The notes beneath the pieces were generated by a model, which saw only the letters and a program-made list of their open reading frames with translations, ran no database searches and had not been told where the DNA came from. The position numbers and the translations under genes were made by a program. Positions 7,853 to 16,428 of a DNA stretch of 32,000 bases are shown here, in pieces (the stretch's first letter is position 1; each line of letters starts with the position of its first letter). The stretch is from Saccharolobus solfataricus. Its GTDB lineage: Archaea > Thermoproteota > Thermoprotei_A > Sulfolobales > Sulfolobaceae. The stretch is taken from positions 2,790,001 through 2,822,000 of the forward strand of contig NZ_LT549890.1 of NCBI RefSeq assembly GCF_900079115.1, written 5' to 3'.

Positions 7853-8986
7853 TTGAAGACACTGAGACTCTACTCACTGCTTAACAATTTGGCTATTAGT
7901 CTCGTAAATCCCTTCATATCATTCTTTACTGCATCCAATGGAATAACGGGTGCATTATTGGCAATAGCATCCTCTGCTAATACTGCGTTTCCAGGGATAA
8001 TCCAATATGCGTTAGCAAATCTGTACATAAAAGCAAAAAAGTTAATTACAATTGGAAGTTTGTTTGGGGGTTTACTGTGGATATTAATAGGGGTTTACAT
8101 GATATACAATGAATATTTCGTGTTGGTTTACTCTATTATAACTGCTGTTCTTGGTGCAGCGAACTTCGGTTGGTTACTCATTTTGGATAAAATAAGTACA
8201 ACTCATAGGGGAAGAACGTTAGCGTACTATAACTTTTACGCCTCAATAGGTGGTTTAATAGCTACCTTAATAACTGGATTTATCGTAGGTAATAATTTAG
8301 ACTTAATGCGGTACTTCTTTATCATCGCTGGTTTAATATACGTTTTTAACGCTTACGTAATTTACAATTCCGATGTTGACGCGGAATTTGCAAGGGGTAA
8401 TGGTATAAGATTGTTTTCATCAAATCTTGAAGTGAGAAAATTCATCTTGACTAACTTCATCTTCACGTTTGTATGGTCAATGGCGTGGCCAATTTTTCCG
8501 TTAGCTCAAGTATATAAGTTCCATATGAACGAATTTCAGGTTGCTATAATTAACGTTACAGGTGGAACTTCCACCCTAGCATTACAGAGGCTCGTGGGTA
8601 GATTAGTTGACAGACATAGAAAATACGTTATGTTCTTTGGTAGATTTGCCTTAGCAACTTTCCCACTTGCATATGCATTTTCCACCACACCTTACGAGAT
8701 ATATATTGCTAATCTAGTTTCTGGATTTACTAACTCTGCCTCAATCTCTTACACTGCGTTCCTATTTGACCACTCTAGCTATTACGAAAAGAGAATCAAC
8801 ATAGCTTTATACAATATGTTTAATGGAATCGCCGCGCTTTTAGGTTCAACAATTTCAAGTGTGATGTTCAATGTTATTTCAGATTGGTTCAGTCTAGTAG
8901 TTGCCATAAATATCATGTTAATTGGGATAGGGGTAATGAGAATATTAATGTCACTACTCTATTTGAAAATAAAAGAGGTTTCTTAA
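7853..8986 (+). CDS. 12-TM MFS-type permease, paralogue of lacTr
   Basis: 377 aa with a 6+6 arrangement of hydrophobic segments and a charged central loop. It aligns by eye with the 17491..18627 product (MK.L..........L.N.LV.PFISF; [15 protein letters not shown] is identical in both). The start is TTG, with no in-frame ATG nearby. Confidence 0.75.
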   Translation: MKTLRLYSLLNNLAISLVNPFISFFTASNGITGALLAIASSANTAFPGIIQYALANLYIKAKKLITIGSLFGGLLWILIGVYMIYNEYFVLVYSIITAVLGAANFGWLLILDKISTTHRGRTLAYYNFYASIGGLIATLITGFIVGNNLDLMRYFFIIAGLIYVFNAYVIYNSDVDAEFARGNGIRLFSSNLEVRKFILTNFIFTFVWSMAWPIFPLAQVYKFHMNEFQVAIINVTGGTSTLALQRLVGRLVDRHRKYVMFFGRFALATFPLAYAFSTTPYEIYIANLVSGFTNSASISYTAFLFDHSSYYEKRINIALYNMFNGIAALLGSTISSVMFNVISDWFSLVVAINIMLIGIGVMRILMSLLYLKIKEVS

Positions 8987-9136
8987 ACATCTACTTTGTG
9001 GACTTATTGAACTTTCCGGAGTATTCAAGGATCAATACGAATCCAAGTTGTGTACCTATACATTAATTGAAACAAGTATGATTGTAGCTTAATAAAAAAT
9101 ATCCAATAGATCAACAAAGCATCTCTTCAAATAAAG

Positions 9137-9144
9137 TTTTTAAA
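9137..9144 (+). promoter_or_regulatory. TATA box (TTTTTAAA) for the 9166 gene
   Basis: Centred about 25 nt upstream of ATG 9166 but only about 16 nt from the alternative start at 9157 in the track. This favours 9166. Confidence 0.45.
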
Positions 9145-9165
9145 TCCAATAATTAAGTGTTAGCT

Positions 9166-10248
9166 ATGAAATTAGGAATTGTAGGACTGGGAGGATGGGT
9201 AACTGGTGCTCATATTCCAGCACTAACTGACCTAGGAATAAAAGTGGATTATTGTGCAGATATAGATGAAAAAAGAGTGAAAGATCTCTCTCAAAAAACG
9301 GGGTGTAAAGGTTATTTAGATTATAAAGAAATGTTAAGGAATGAAAATCCAGACCTTGTTTTAGTAGCAGTACCCCATAGCCTTCACGCAATTATAGCAT
9401 TAGATGCCATAAATAATGATGCTAATGTTTACGTGGAAAAACCAATGGCTACTTCATTTCAAGAGGCTTTAACACTAGTAGAAGCTTCGAGGAAAAGAAA
9501 TAAGATATTAGTTGTAGGTCATGAAAATAGGTTTAACCCAGCAATGTTAATTGCTAAGAAATTGATAAGAGGTGGTGAAGTAGGTAAAATATACCACATG
9601 AGAGGATTTTATATAAGACAGAGAGGAATACCTACATCACCAACCTTCATTAAAAAGGATTTAGCAAAAGGTGGGGCAGTATTTGATATAGGTACACACA
9701 TCATAGATTTATTACTTTTCCTCTCAGATTTCCCAACGCCTAAAAGTGTTACAGGTAAGACATATAATGCTTTCTCTGAGGACAAAACTAAGTTCTCTGC
9801 TTATCCCTCGCCTAACTTGCCTAACTTTAAGGTTGAGGTTGAAGATTTTGGCTCAGCCTTTTTAAAATTAGGAGACGAGATATCAGCATACGTGGAGGTG
9901 AGCTGGGCTTCATATATAAAAGAAAACAAAATGGAAGTAGTGATTTTGGGCGATAATGGTGGAATACATATAGATAATGGAGTGTTAAATTTCATGCGGA
10001 ATATAGAGGATGAACTCTTCATCAGTAGCCCTTTAACTCAACAAAAAGGAAGCGTATATAGAGAGGTGTGGAGAACTGTAATGGAATCCATTTCAAAAGG
10101 ATTTCCAGAATACCCATTGTGTTCAGCAGAACAAGGTGCAATAGGAGTAGCAATACTGGAAAGTATATATAAATCAGCTTTAGAAGGTAGAGAAGTAAAA
10201 ATAGATATTCCACAATGGTTCCTTAAACAGTTTCAACCAAGAGCTTAA
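9166..10248 (+). CDS. Gfo/Idh/MocA-family oxidoreductase
   Basis: MKLGIVGLGGWVTGAH Rossmann motif, VEKPMA, and RQRGIPTSPTFIKKDLAKGGAVFDIGTHIIDLLLF. It is clearly paralogous to the 15361..16428 product. I moved the start to the ATG three codons inside the track ORF. Confidence 0.85.
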   Translation: MKLGIVGLGGWVTGAHIPALTDLGIKVDYCADIDEKRVKDLSQKTGCKGYLDYKEMLRNENPDLVLVAVPHSLHAIIALDAINNDANVYVEKPMATSFQEALTLVEASRKRNKILVVGHENRFNPAMLIAKKLIRGGEVGKIYHMRGFYIRQRGIPTSPTFIKKDLAKGGAVFDIGTHIIDLLLFLSDFPTPKSVTGKTYNAFSEDKTKFSAYPSPNLPNFKVEVEDFGSAFLKLGDEISAYVEVSWASYIKENKMEVVILGDNGGIHIDNGVLNFMRNIEDELFISSPLTQQKGSVYREVWRTVMESISKGFPEYPLCSAEQGAIGVAILESIYKSALEGREVKIDIPQWFLKQFQPRA

Positions 10249-12814
10249 AGCTCTTCTTATCTATTTTATCCAGATCAATTTCGTAAAGATTATCATTTTT
10301 ATCAATCAAAACCACCTTAGACTCTAAGACAACTACGTTTCTCCTTCCAATCGTGTAGACCTTTATTAAACCTCTATTAGTTTCTACGTCCCATTCCAAT
10401 TGATCACCCTTTATATTAATTCCATTTATTTTCTTAACTAGGAATATTAAATTATTATAAGCTAATGCATTCTCTAATACTTTACGAGAGTTTTCTTCTA
10501 GTTTAGTGTAATCCTCTATCAAGAATATCTCCTTACCGCTCTCGTCATAAAGACCTATAAACGTCGGTTTAGTTATTGGAAATAACATTTTTGGCACTAA
10601 AGCCTTGTAGACCTTCCCTTTATAAATAACATCTACGGTACTTCTCCTAATTGATTGATTTATCTTCACATTGCTAGTATCAATAAGATTTGTAATAATT
10701 TTTTCTTCTTCGCTATTGCGTTTCATTCTGGAAAAGATATTTTCCTCATTAATTTGTTCCTTAAACATTTTATAAAATTCCCCTTTCTTATTTAACAACT
10801 CAATTGGTTTTCCTTCCTCCACCACTTTACCATTACTTAAGACTATAACCTTATCTGAATTCATAACCTCATGCACGTTATGCGTTATCATTATCACCGT
10901 CTTACCCTTAGAGACATCTATCATTGTTTCATAAACTTCTCTCTCACTTGTAACGTCCAAATTAGAAGTTGCCTCATCGAATATTAACACGTCAGGATTC
11001 TTTATAATTGCCCTCGCAATACTTAACCTCTGTCTCTGCCCTCCTGATAGGTACGTTCCCCTTTCCCCTAAAATTGTATCATAAGCGAATGGTAACTTAA
11101 CTATCTCATCATGGATTTTGGCAATTTTACACGCTCTAATTATGTCAATCTCGCTTACATTATCTGTTCCATATGCAACATTATATCCTACCGTGGTATC
11201 GAATAATACTACGTCTTGAGGTACGTAGGCTACTTTCCTTCTTAAATAATTTAAATCTATTTCTCTAATATCTATACCATCAATTAGAATTCTACCCTCA
11301 TTAACGTCATAGAACCTCAGAAGTAGTTTAGCTATTGTGCTCTTTCCAGAACCGCTTTTACCAACAATTGCGACTTTCTCCCCTGGCTTTATGCCAATAT
11401 TGATATCCTTAATTACAGGGAAGTGTGGATCATAACCGAAGTAAACATGTTCAAAACGTATCTCAGCAGGCATATTAGGTCTCTTAGGGTTTTCCGGATT
11501 TGTTATTTGAGGTTTGGCTTCTAATACTTCCCTAATCCTCTCTGCAGAAGTTAATGATTGTTGTATGAATGGTAAGACGTTACTTAGATTATTGATTGGT
11601 CCATAAAACTGAGAAACGTAAGCTATAAACGCTGTTATTACGCCTATTTCTATAATGCCAGAGATTACCTCATGTCCTCCTACCCACCATATTAATACAG
11701 TTGAGAGATTAACTATGAATCCCATTAAAGGCCAGTATACGGAGTTCATCTTATTAATTGCAACACTGGATTCGTAAAGCTTATTCAGCATTTCCCTTAG
11801 CCTTTTGGACTCATATTCCTCTTTGGAAAAAGATCTAACAACGAGGAAGTTGGGTATGGTATCATTTATTCTAGAGGTAATATCAGCACTTCTTCTCCAA
11901 TTTCTATGATAGAGCCTATGTGACTTTCTTCTATATGAGATTATCAGATATATAATTGCGGGTACTGGGATTAATATGAAAGCTGCTAACGTAGGATTTA
12001 ATGTAAATAAAATAACTCCTATTCCAATTATTGTAAATAAGTTCGTAACAAGTGTGGGTAACCCCCAAACCAATAGCCAGTTTGTATTCCCAGCGTCAGT
12101 TGTAAGTCTAGAGAGTATCCTACTAGGAGATATTCTCTCTATAAATGAATAATCGTGATTAATCGCATGTTTGTAAAGTATTTCCCTTAAATCGTTTATT
12201 ATTCTAGAACCGAGATTGTTTAGTATTCTATTCTGAATAGATGACAGTAAGGCTAGTGCCGAATACGATACTATTAAATATATTATAATGTTAATGAAGA
12301 GAGTAGAAGGATGAGATGGCGATAACAATACGCTATCTATTAATATTTTAAGTAAGTATGGAGGAACCAAATTAAGACCAGTAGTAATTAAGGAGAGAGT
12401 AGCGCCAACTATCATGGTCTTTCTATATCTAGAAGCAATGGTCCAAAGCCACCTTAGTGTACTTACACCAACTTTTGTAGTCTCTTCTCTCTCCTCATCC
12501 TTTACTTCTATCTGCTCACCTTTATTAAACGCGTCAATGACCTTCTTGAATAATTCCTCTTTTCTCTTGGTAAAATAAGCAATCTCAATTTCCTTACCGT
12601 CAGAAGTATAGCCTATTAACTTATCAACACTTATACCGGTCTCTAATGAGAGTTTTATCACATTCTCTATACGAAATATTTCTTTATCGCCGTCGAAAAC
12701 CAATATCTTATTGCCGTCAATTTGGACCAACTCTTCTTTCAAATTCAAATCTTTATCCAAATCGGTCTTAACTTCTGCCTTGAACTTCGAAGTCACTATA
12801 GATGCTTTCTTCAC
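10223..12814 (-). CDS. ABC exporter half-transporter (TMD-NBD) with an extra ~115-aa N-terminal domain and a ~170-aa DUF1854-like C-terminal domain
   Basis: 863 aa with a GTG start. Six TM segments are followed by Walker A GKSGSGKST, signature LSGGQRQRLSIARA, Walker B VLIFDEATS and H-loop ITHN. The C-terminal tail (MLFPITKPTFIGLYDESGKEIFLIEDYTKLEENSRKVLE...WDVETNRGLIKVY...VLIDKNDNLYEIDLDKIDKKS) matches my recollection of the DUF1854 pattern. Confidence 0.85.
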   Translation of the reverse strand: MKKASIVTSKFKAEVKTDLDKDLNLKEELVQIDGNKILVFDGDKEIFRIENVIKLSLETGISVDKLIGYTSDGKEIEIAYFTKRKEELFKKVIDAFNKGEQIEVKDEEREETTKVGVSTLRWLWTIASRYRKTMIVGATLSLITTGLNLVPPYLLKILIDSVLLSPSHPSTLFINIIIYLIVSYSALALLSSIQNRILNNLGSRIINDLREILYKHAINHDYSFIERISPSRILSRLTTDAGNTNWLLVWGLPTLVTNLFTIIGIGVILFTLNPTLAAFILIPVPAIIYLIISYRRKSHRLYHRNWRRSADITSRINDTIPNFLVVRSFSKEEYESKRLREMLNKLYESSVAINKMNSVYWPLMGFIVNLSTVLIWWVGGHEVISGIIEIGVITAFIAYVSQFYGPINNLSNVLPFIQQSLTSAERIREVLEAKPQITNPENPKRPNMPAEIRFEHVYFGYDPHFPVIKDINIGIKPGEKVAIVGKSGSGKSTIAKLLLRFYDVNEGRILIDGIDIREIDLNYLRRKVAYVPQDVVLFDTTVGYNVAYGTDNVSEIDIIRACKIAKIHDEIVKLPFAYDTILGERGTYLSGGQRQRLSIARAIIKNPDVLIFDEATSNLDVTSEREVYETMIDVSKGKTVIMITHNVHEVMNSDKVIVLSNGKVVEEGKPIELLNKKGEFYKMFKEQINEENIFSRMKRNSEEEKIITNLIDTSNVKINQSIRRSTVDVIYKGKVYKALVPKMLFPITKPTFIGLYDESGKEIFLIEDYTKLEENSRKVLENALAYNNLIFLVKKINGINIKGDQLEWDVETNRGLIKVYTIGRRNVVVLESKVVLIDKNDNLYEIDLDKIDKKSFKLLVETV

Positions 12815-12839
12815 AAATAGCCCTATTTTTTGATTTAAC

Positions 12840-12847
12840 TTAAAAAG
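12840..12847 (-). promoter_or_regulatory. TATA-like box (minus strand CTTTTTAA) for the ABC exporter gene
   Basis: Centred about 29 nt upstream of GTG 12814. Confidence 0.35.
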
Positions 12848-12877
12848 ATTTCTATTACCGCACGATAAAAGGTAATG

Positions 12878-12887
12878 TTTAAATATT
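12878..12887 (+). promoter_or_regulatory. TATA box (TTTAAATATT) for the 12910 gene
   Basis: Centred about 27 nt upstream of ATG 12910. Confidence 0.45.
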
Positions 12888-12909
12888 TAAAAAACAAGAG
12901 AATAGGACT

Positions 12910-13869
12910 ATGAAAATTGCTGTAGTTGGATGTGACGGCTTCGGAAAAGTACATTTAAGGGCTATGAGAAATATAAGTGGAATAGAGTATTATGTTTTCA
13001 GTAGGAACGAGGAAAAGGCAAGAGAATGTATGAAAGAGTTTAACGCTGAAGGTTATTTTACAAGGTACGAGGACGTTATAAAATCGAATGTTGATATTGT
13101 TGACTTACTAGTGAGCCATGATCAGCATTACCCCATGGGAGTAATGGCAATGAAGGCTGGAAAGCACTTAATGTTAGAAAAACCAATAGCGAGAACAATA
13201 GAAGAGGCTATGGGATTGATAAACACTTCAAAAGACACCAAAAGAAAATTCATGGTTTTGGAGCAGTTCTACTTTGAATCATCAGTTAGAAAGGCTAAAG
13301 AACTTTTACCTAGATTAGGTAATTTATCCCTAATAATTGTGAGATCAATTCACTTGTATCAACCAAAGGGGTGGAGGAGAGAAAAGGAGAAAATGGGAGG
13401 AGGAGCGCTTATAGATGGTGGAGTTCATTTCATAGATACATTGCTGAACTTAGGTGGGGAATACGAAAGTGTAAGGGGAGTTTGTGGAAAGTACTTCTCG
13501 GGAATAGAGGGAGAAGATCTAACCTTGGCTACCCTTAGGTTCAGGAAAGGACATCTAGGTTTATTAATGTATAGCTGGACAACTCCAAATCCTCCCAAAG
13601 TACCAGCATTTGAGATTTATGGCGAAAATGGGAGTATTATAGAAGATCCTAATACGAGAGTTATGGGGAAGGCTTATGGGGATCTAATATTGAACGTTGA
13701 CGGTAAGGAGGAGAGAATAGAAGTCGAAAAGGTGAATCCAATAGAGGAGGAAATAAGGGGATTTGTAAAGGCAGTCAAAAATAATACCGAAGTACCTATG
13801 CCTCCTGAAATTGCCTTAAGGGATTTAAAGGCAGTCCTTGATATTTATAAGTCATGCGGATATTCCTAA
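12910..13869 (+). CDS. Gfo/Idh/MocA-family oxidoreductase (short, 319 aa)
   Basis: MKIAVVGCDGFGKVH, LEKPIA, GGGALIDGGVHFIDTL. Confidence 0.85.
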   Translation: MKIAVVGCDGFGKVHLRAMRNISGIEYYVFSRNEEKARECMKEFNAEGYFTRYEDVIKSNVDIVDLLVSHDQHYPMGVMAMKAGKHLMLEKPIARTIEEAMGLINTSKDTKRKFMVLEQFYFESSVRKAKELLPRLGNLSLIIVRSIHLYQPKGWRREKEKMGGGALIDGGVHFIDTLLNLGGEYESVRGVCGKYFSGIEGEDLTLATLRFRKGHLGLLMYSWTTPNPPKVPAFEIYGENGSIIEDPNTRVMGKAYGDLILNVDGKEERIEVEKVNPIEEEIRGFVKAVKNNTEVPMPPEIALRDLKAVLDIYKSCGYS

Positions 13870-14879
13870 AAAATCTGTTCTATTCTTTTCATGTAATCAT
13901 CTCTTAAATTGATATTTAGGGCTGATAGGTTATCTTCCAAGTGTTCTATTTTACTCGCTCCTATAAGTGGAATAACTGTAATTCCAAGTTGTTCTCCCCT
14001 CTTTAGGAGCCAAGAAATTGCCAATTGAGAAAGAGTTATTCCTAGTTCTGATGCAACATCCTTGAGGCCTAACAATATCCTTAAGTTAGCTTCAGTAAAA
14101 TATCTTTTCTTTAAATCTTCAGTTATGGAAGCTCTACTTAACTCCTCAATCTTCCAACCATTCTTGTCCACGTATTTCCCAGTGAGAAACCCTTGAGCCA
14201 ATGGTGAATATGCCATTATCGCTAAACCAAATCTCTTTGCAATAATTGCCTTATCTTTCTCTATATCTCTCTCTAACATATTGTACTTTTCTTGCATTAC
14301 AATGAATTTCTCAAGGTTATGCCTTTCGCTCAATTGTAGGAATTCCATCACGTCTACTGCAGAATGATTACTAACACCTAGATAGTAAACTAAACCGTTG
14401 TTTACTAAACTATTCAATGTCCTCAGAGTTTCTAGCTTTGGAGTATCTGGGTCTGGCCAATGTATGAAATATACGTCAATATATGATGTGCCTAGCCTTT
14501 TTAAACTCTCCTTAATTTGCCACAGTATATGTTTCCTAGATAAACCCTCTCCGTTAACGAAGTCACCCATCTTGCCTCTGACCTTAGTTGAAATCACAAC
14601 AGATTCCCTATCCACAGTTTTTAGAAATTCTCCAACAATACGTTCAGCATTACCAACATGAGGAAGATCAACTGGTGCCATAGCTCCATGATATCTATTA
14701 GCTGTATCTATGAAGTTCACTCCCTCATCATATGCTCTTTTTAGGATCTTTAATGTAGTTTCTTTGTCTACTTTATATATACCCAGCTCATCCTTCTCTT
14801 GCAATCTAGGAAGAAACCATGTTCCTATGGCAACTTGAGATACCTTAACTCCGGATTCACCTAAATTAACATACTTCAT
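13866..14879 (-). CDS. Aldo/keto reductase family oxidoreductase
   Basis: GTWF..., IDTANRYHG, STKV, YFIHWPD and GVSNH motifs. The start is set at the ATG (MKYVNLGESG), which has a TATA box 26 nt upstream. The TTG start in the track is 7 codons further upstream. Confidence 0.85.
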   Translation of the reverse strand: MKYVNLGESGVKVSQVAIGTWFLPRLQEKDELGIYKVDKETTLKILKRAYDEGVNFIDTANRYHGAMAPVDLPHVGNAERIVGEFLKTVDRESVVISTKVRGKMGDFVNGEGLSRKHILWQIKESLKRLGTSYIDVYFIHWPDPDTPKLETLRTLNSLVNNGLVYYLGVSNHSAVDVMEFLQLSERHNLEKFIVMQEKYNMLERDIEKDKAIIAKRFGLAIMAYSPLAQGFLTGKYVDKNGWKIEELSRASITEDLKKRYFTEANLRILLGLKDVASELGITLSQLAISWLLKRGEQLGITVIPLIGASKIEHLEDNLSALNINLRDDYMKRIEQIF

Positions 14880-14901
14880 ATGTATAAAACGAGAACACAA
14901 C

Positions 14902-14909
14902 TATTTATA
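14902..14909 (-). promoter_or_regulatory. TATA box (minus strand TATAAATA) for the aldo/keto reductase gene
   Basis: Centred about 26 nt upstream of ATG 14879. Confidence 0.45.
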
Positions 14910-14912
14910 GTT

Positions 14913-15077
14913 TCAAAAAACACTATAACCTTTTACCTTTTGCAGATATTTCCAATCATTTGGATACTCAAGTCTTAAGTATTCTTCTGGTAATTTATCG
15001 ATTGATATTATCTCTTCTCCTCTATTATCTTCTTTCTTTGGTTGCTCTTCTTTCCTCCTCAACTGTAGTAAAGCCAT
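14913..15077 (-). CDS. Hypothetical small protein (54 aa), below the ORF-track cut-off
   Basis: Hand translation gives MALLQLRRKEEQPKKEDNRGEEIISIDKLPEEYLRLEYPNDWKYLQKVKGYSVF*. An AT-rich TATA-like stretch lies about 26 nt upstream (around 15098..15106). I recognise no homology. Confidence 0.3.
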   Translation of the reverse strand: MALLQLRRKEEQPKKEDNRGEEIISIDKLPEEYLRLEYPNDWKYLQKVKGYSVF

Positions 15078-15328
15078 TTTTCTTTCACTAATGTATAAGT
15101 ATATATTGAAGTTTTTAAAGCTTCCGCCCCTTAGACTTATATTAACTTACAAATATATAATCCAATCTTCCTAATCTCGGAAGATAACTAATTATTAGAG
15201 ACATTCTATATAAATCCCATAAAATAAGTATATTTTTTAATAAGGACATGGATTTTTTATAAGGTTCTCAATCTCTAACGGGATATCTCTTCCATCTTTT
15301 TAACCACTATTAAATTTTAGTACATGAT

Positions 15329-15338
15329 AGTTTAAAAC
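15329..15338 (+). promoter_or_regulatory. TATA box (AGTTTAAAAC) for the 15361 gene
   Basis: Centred about 27 nt upstream of ATG 15361. Confidence 0.45.
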
Positions 15339-15360
15339 CTTTTGAAGGATATTATACCTA

Positions 15361-16428
15361 ATGAAAATCAGATACGGTATCATAGGAGTAGGTGGTCATG
15401 GAAAAAATAGACATTTAATCCCATTGATTAAATTAAAAAATAAAGTAGAAATTGTAGCAGTAGCTGACGTAAAAAAGGAAAGATGCGAAGAGGTATCCTC
15501 CCAATTCAATATTAAATGTTACTTAGACTATATGGAGATGGTTGAAAAGGAATCGCTTAACGCTGTAAGTATTGTCACACCAACGGGATTACATTCTAGG
15601 ATAGCCATAAATGTGCTAAATAAGGGAGTCAATGTGTTAGTAGATAAACCGCTAGGGTCCAATTTAGAAGAAGTTAAAGAGGTAGTTAATACGGCTAGAA
15701 ATAAGGGATTAAAGCTAATGGTAGGATACTGGAGTAGATTTTCTCCAGCATTACAATACGGTAAGGAAATTATTCACAATGGTCTATTGGGAGAGCCTTA
15801 TGTAGCCTATGGATATTTAGTAAGGAGGAGAGGCATACCAGGTATTCCGACATTCATTGATAAGACGCTTTCTGGAGGAAGAGGCGCGTTATTAGACATA
15901 GGATGCTATTTAATAGATAATTTGCTTAGCTTGTTAAAATTTAGAAAGCCAATAAGCGTAATGGGTAAGGTATATACGAAATTCGGAAACGTTAAGGAGG
16001 AGGTAAAGTTTAATTGGGGTTCTTGGGATCCGGAGAATTTCAGCTTAGACGACTACGCTGTTGGATTAGTAAAACTTGAAGGTGATGTAAGTTTAATACT
16101 AGAAGTTGGCTGGTCAGCAAACGTATCTCACGTGGAGGAGAAAAGTTACGTAAGAATATTAGGGGATAAGGGTGGAATCGAGGGAAGCGGACATGAGGCA
16201 ATCGTGGATATATCTTTCCACAGTAGAACTGAGAACTTCCTTACTGATACTAAACCAGTCTTAAGGAAAGTTGACCCATACTTCGAAATGATAAATGCTT
16301 TTGTAGATAGCATTTTAACAGATAGGGAACCTCCAATAACTGGTGAGGAGAGCGTAACTCTTCATTCTATTATTGATGGTATATATAAGTCGTCAACGGA
16401 GGATAAGGAAGTAAAAATCTCACTCTAA
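15361..16428 (+). CDS. Gfo/Idh/MocA-family oxidoreductase
   Basis: YGIIGVGGHGKNRH, VDKPLG, RRRGIPGIPTFIDKTLSGGRGALLDIGCYLIDNLL. Paralogue of 9166..10248. Confidence 0.85.
   Translation: MKIRYGIIGVGGHGKNRHLIPLIKLKNKVEIVAVADVKKERCEEVSSQFNIKCYLDYMEMVEKESLNAVSIVTPTGLHSRIAINVLNKGVNVLVDKPLGSNLEEVKEVVNTARNKGLKLMVGYWSRFSPALQYGKEIIHNGLLGEPYVAYGYLVRRRGIPGIPTFIDKTLSGGRGALLDIGCYLIDNLLSLLKFRKPISVMGKVYTKFGNVKEEVKFNWGSWDPENFSLDDYAVGLVKLEGDVSLILEVGWSANVSHVEEKSYVRILGDKGGIEGSGHEAIVDISFHSRTENFLTDTKPVLRKVDPYFEMINAFVDSILTDREPPITGEESVTLHSIIDGIYKSSTEDKEVKISL

Noticed and set aside
8884-9066. 60-aa ORF overlapping the 3' end of the permease gene
   Set aside because: It is out of frame with a well-supported membrane-protein gene, has no promoter geometry and gives an implausible peptide.
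9164-10213. Minus-strand ORFs 9164..9391, 9801..10022 and 10022..10213
   Set aside because: They are antisense to the well-supported Gfo/Idh/MocA gene and give low-complexity Leu/Phe-rich translations.
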